A stretch of DNA of 64,000 nt from Lama guanicoe (Eukaryota). The notes beneath the pieces are model-generated. The model was not told where the DNA came from. It worked only from the letters and a program-made list of their open reading frames with translations, and searched no databases. The stretch covers positions 1,718,866-1,782,865 of the forward strand of contig MU053379.1 in NCBI GenBank assembly GCA_013239625.1, given 5' to 3'. This document shows, piece by piece, positions 63,870 to 64,000 of the stretch; the first letter of the stretch is position 1; each line of letters begins with the position of its first letter. Position numbers and translations under genes: made by a program.

Positions 63870-64000
63870 TGGTTTGTACTTTCCTGCCCCTTGAGTTTGC
63901 CCTTGGCCGTGGGACTTGCTTTGCCCAGCAGATGTGGGCAGAGTGAACACTATGCCAGCTTCAGACATACACCCTAAGAAGCTCTGTGTTTCCACTTCCC
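63870..64000 (+). mobile_element. MaLR LTR fragment running off the window
   Basis: gtactttcctgccccttga...ggacttgctttgcccagcagatgtgggcagag. Confidence 0.6.

Noticed and set aside
1..64000. Prokaryotic-type systems (CRISPR arrays, operons, IS elements)
   Set aside because: The sequence is mammalian and repeat-rich, with no regularly spaced repeat-spacer arrays or dense gene packing.

Overview
Mammalian (eutherian) genomic DNA, probably a camelid, judged from three copies of a tRNA-derived SINE resembling the camelid Vic-1 family plus young L1 3' ends. Most of the window is interspersed repeat: L1 of several ages (including a near full-length ancient L1MC-type copy), L2, MIR, MaLR (MLT1) LTRs and Tigger/hAT fossils. 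No intact protein-coding gene is recognisable. The one clear gene-derived feature is a near full-length processed pseudogene of NDRG3 on the minus strand (~17533-20298), with 5' UTR, intronless CDS, 3' UTR, AATAAA, poly(A) remnant and a 17-bp target-site duplication. Its most interesting property is a 94-nt insert exactly at a known NDRG3 exon junction. This looks like a fossil record of a cassette exon that stops the normal frame and places an in-frame ATG 1 nt after the stop (TAG-G-ATG). Other observations: a gapped CpG island with a minus-strand 3'-end signature, patchy AT-to-GC remodelling of old repeats, a Z-DNA/E-box CpG patch and layered nested insertions. Repeat family names come from memory of consensus sequences, and repeat boundaries are approximate unless a TSD or TIR is quoted.
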